In this document: piece by piece, positions 62,142 through 64,000 of the stretch
Layout of the letters: the number at the start of each line of letters is the position of its first letter
How positions within the stretch are numbered: position 1 is the stretch's first letter
DNA from: Selaginella moellendorffii
Taxonomy: Eukaryota > Plantae > Lycopodiophyta
Assembly (NCBI RefSeq): GCF_000143415.4
Contig: NW_003314281.1
Span: 980,833-1,044,832 of the forward strand
Reading direction: 5' to 3'
DNA: 64,000 nucleotides
Notes under the pieces: model-generated
Database searches by the model: none
What the model was told of the DNA's origin: nothing
What the model saw: the letters and a program-made list of their open reading frames with translations, nothing else
Made by a program: the position numbers and the translations under genes

Positions 62142-63629
62142 ATGGAGGTAGTTTTCAGCAATGGCGCACGCACCCTTGGAATTCCTTTGCATGAAAGGCG
62201 GGTTAAAGTCCCCGAGGTACTGAGGGCGTTTGGAGCTGGAGTTCTAATGTGGAAGGATGATGGCAGCCTCAAAAAGCTTGAAATGGGCAAGTCACCAGGC
62301 GATGAGCTTAGCACTGATATCTTTACTCCTGGGAAGACGTATCAGGTAATCGAAGCCGTCACCTTTGCCGTCGGCTTTGGAGACAAGTATACTTTCCCTT
62401 TATTTGATGGGAGGGTTAGAGTCAGAGAAGTCCTAGATGCTTGTAAAGCTGATGGGTTAAGGGTCGAGGATGTAGTAAATGTTCTCCGGGAGCAGGGAGA
62501 ATTCAGCTTCTGCAGATTTCGCTCCATGAAGTATTCTGTCAGGTTGCTAGAGAGGTATCGCGTTGAGCGGGATGAGAAGGAAGACAAACTCACACATGCG
62601 TACGTATTTGCAAGCCAAGGAATGAGGAAAGTTGAAGGTTGCGACATAGAGGATACATATGCAGTGGCTGCCACCCCAAGTGTATCTCTTTTTGGTGTGT
62701 TCGATGGCCATAATGGATCAGCGGCATCTCGGTTCTGCGCAAAACACATGTTCAAGTACTTGACTCAGAACGAGTGTTTCCAAAGAGGCGAGTATGCCCA
62801 GAGCCTCAAGGAAGTGTTCCTGCAGATGGACAGGCTAATGAGGAGCCAAGCTGGGCTGCAAGAGATCCAGAATCTGGCAAAGGAGCCCCCAGTGCACGAC
62901 GATGCTATTGTTCTCACTGAGGAGCATGGACTAGGGGTGCAGATGGTATGGCCCGAGGACCATCCCGCTTATTACGTGCACGCCAGCCCTGGAACCTGTG
63001 CAGTAGTTGCGCTCGTGCTTGAAAAGAAGGTGTTCATCGCGAGTGCGGGGGATTGTCGCTGCAGCCTGTATAGCAACAAGAAACTGGTCCACTTAACCAC
63101 CGATCATTGGCCATCTACGCCGGAGGAATCAGCGAGGATCCGGAGAGCGGGGGGACAGGTATTGCAGGGAAGGGTGGCCATAGATTCGCTTTTAGGAGAT
63201 CCGGGTACGCTCAACATGTCGAGGGCAATAGGAGATCTTCATTTTAAGATGAACAACACGCTTCCTCAGGAGGAACAGATTGTTTCTGCTGCGCCTGATA
63301 TTGTCGAGGTTGACATCTCGAAAGACTGCGAGTTCTTGATAGTGAACTCCGATGGGGTGTGGAGGGATTATTTCGATACCAGATGTGAGACGATCAGCAA
63401 GGCCATCAAAGAAGATGACAAGGAAGCGGTAGAGAAAGCTGTGGGTATCGATATGAAAGTATTGAGGAACAAACCGTCATGGGGCAGACTTTTATTTGAA
63501 AGACGAGACGATGTGACTGTGATTGTGGTGTCCCTTAAACAAGCAGCATTGCACGGGGCAGATCATTTGAACATCAACAAGTATCCTGCTCATTTCAAGA
63601 AAAGTGAAATAGGGAGTGATAGGAAGTGA
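62142..63629 (+). CDS. PP2C protein phosphatase with an N-terminal duplicated unknown domain, intronless
   Basis: SQGMR...EDT, FGVFDGHNG, GTCAVV, ASAGDCR, LTTDHWP, LNMSRAIGD, FLIVNSDGVW, DDVTVIVV. Confidence 0.9.
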   Translation: MEVVFSNGARTLGIPLHERRVKVPEVLRAFGAGVLMWKDDGSLKKLEMGKSPGDELSTDIFTPGKTYQVIEAVTFAVGFGDKYTFPLFDGRVRVREVLDACKADGLRVEDVVNVLREQGEFSFCRFRSMKYSVRLLERYRVERDEKEDKLTHAYVFASQGMRKVEGCDIEDTYAVAATPSVSLFGVFDGHNGSAASRFCAKHMFKYLTQNECFQRGEYAQSLKEVFLQMDRLMRSQAGLQEIQNLAKEPPVHDDAIVLTEEHGLGVQMVWPEDHPAYYVHASPGTCAVVALVLEKKVFIASAGDCRCSLYSNKKLVHLTTDHWPSTPEESARIRRAGGQVLQGRVAIDSLLGDPGTLNMSRAIGDLHFKMNNTLPQEEQIVSAAPDIVEVDISKDCEFLIVNSDGVWRDYFDTRCETISKAIKEDDKEAVEKAVGIDMKVLRNKPSWGRLLFERRDDVTVIVVSLKQAALHGADHLNINKYPAHFKKSEIGSDRK

Positions 63630-64000
63630 TTCATTCGTCGTCTTAATCAATGTTATAGAAATAAGAGAAAACAGCTAAAAACTTGATGATACTTCAAATC
63701 ACCAACATCAATATAAAAATCATGATTTTTATCCATTCTCGCCTCTGGATCGACTCCCTTCCAATGTTCACCCCTTGTTGCTGGATTTGCAAGAAGAAGC
63801 TCTATGAAATCTTTCGTTCAATGTGTACTAATTAATTATAACTTATAATTTAAATTTAAATACATATTAATTCTATGTTATGGAATGGGATTCGATCCCA
63901 TGCCCTTACGGACTGAAACTAAGACCATCTTTAGCACGTAATTATTCTCCTAAACCAGTGTCATATGCATCTCTCGTATCGCTAGGTGTAAGCTTGGATT

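Overview
This is eukaryotic, gene-dense plant nuclear DNA with very short (~45-90 nt) GT-AG introns. Gene content and style suggest a lycophyte such as Selaginella (inference, not verified). 0.5-36.5 kb holds ordinary host genes: PPR-SMR, DRB2-type dsRNA-binding protein, DOG1-ankyrin fusion, RING-CH E3, ZOU-like bHLH, ABCI10-like NBD, dirigent, GT37 fucosyltransferase, SURF1, MED12, PLS-PPR, ankyrin-TM protein and a non-RD LRR receptor kinase preceded by a deletion-riddled duplicate. 37-58.3 kb is a repeat island: an old AT-rich Ty3/gypsy element into which a 12,473-bp DNA transposon inserted (42033-54505; perfect 24-bp TIRs, TATT target-site duplication). The transposon is the most interesting object. 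It carries a Sola-type DDD transposase with extra SH3-like domains, and a divergent multi-exon cargo gene with a ParB/Srx-like domain, a degenerate beta-class N4C/N6A DNA-methyltransferase-like domain and an FCP1/HAD-like domain. It also has about 20 dispersed copies of a 22-bp palindrome (ATGGCRTG-N6-CAYGCCAT), many placed one per small intron. This suggests a possible self-targeting 'ParB-like protein + palindromic sites' regulatory or anti-silencing module (hypothesis). This copy is disabled by a few stops and frameshifts. The window ends with a PLA1-like pseudogene and an intronless PP2C with an unusual duplicated N-terminal domain. Domain calls are by eye from motifs; no database searches were run.
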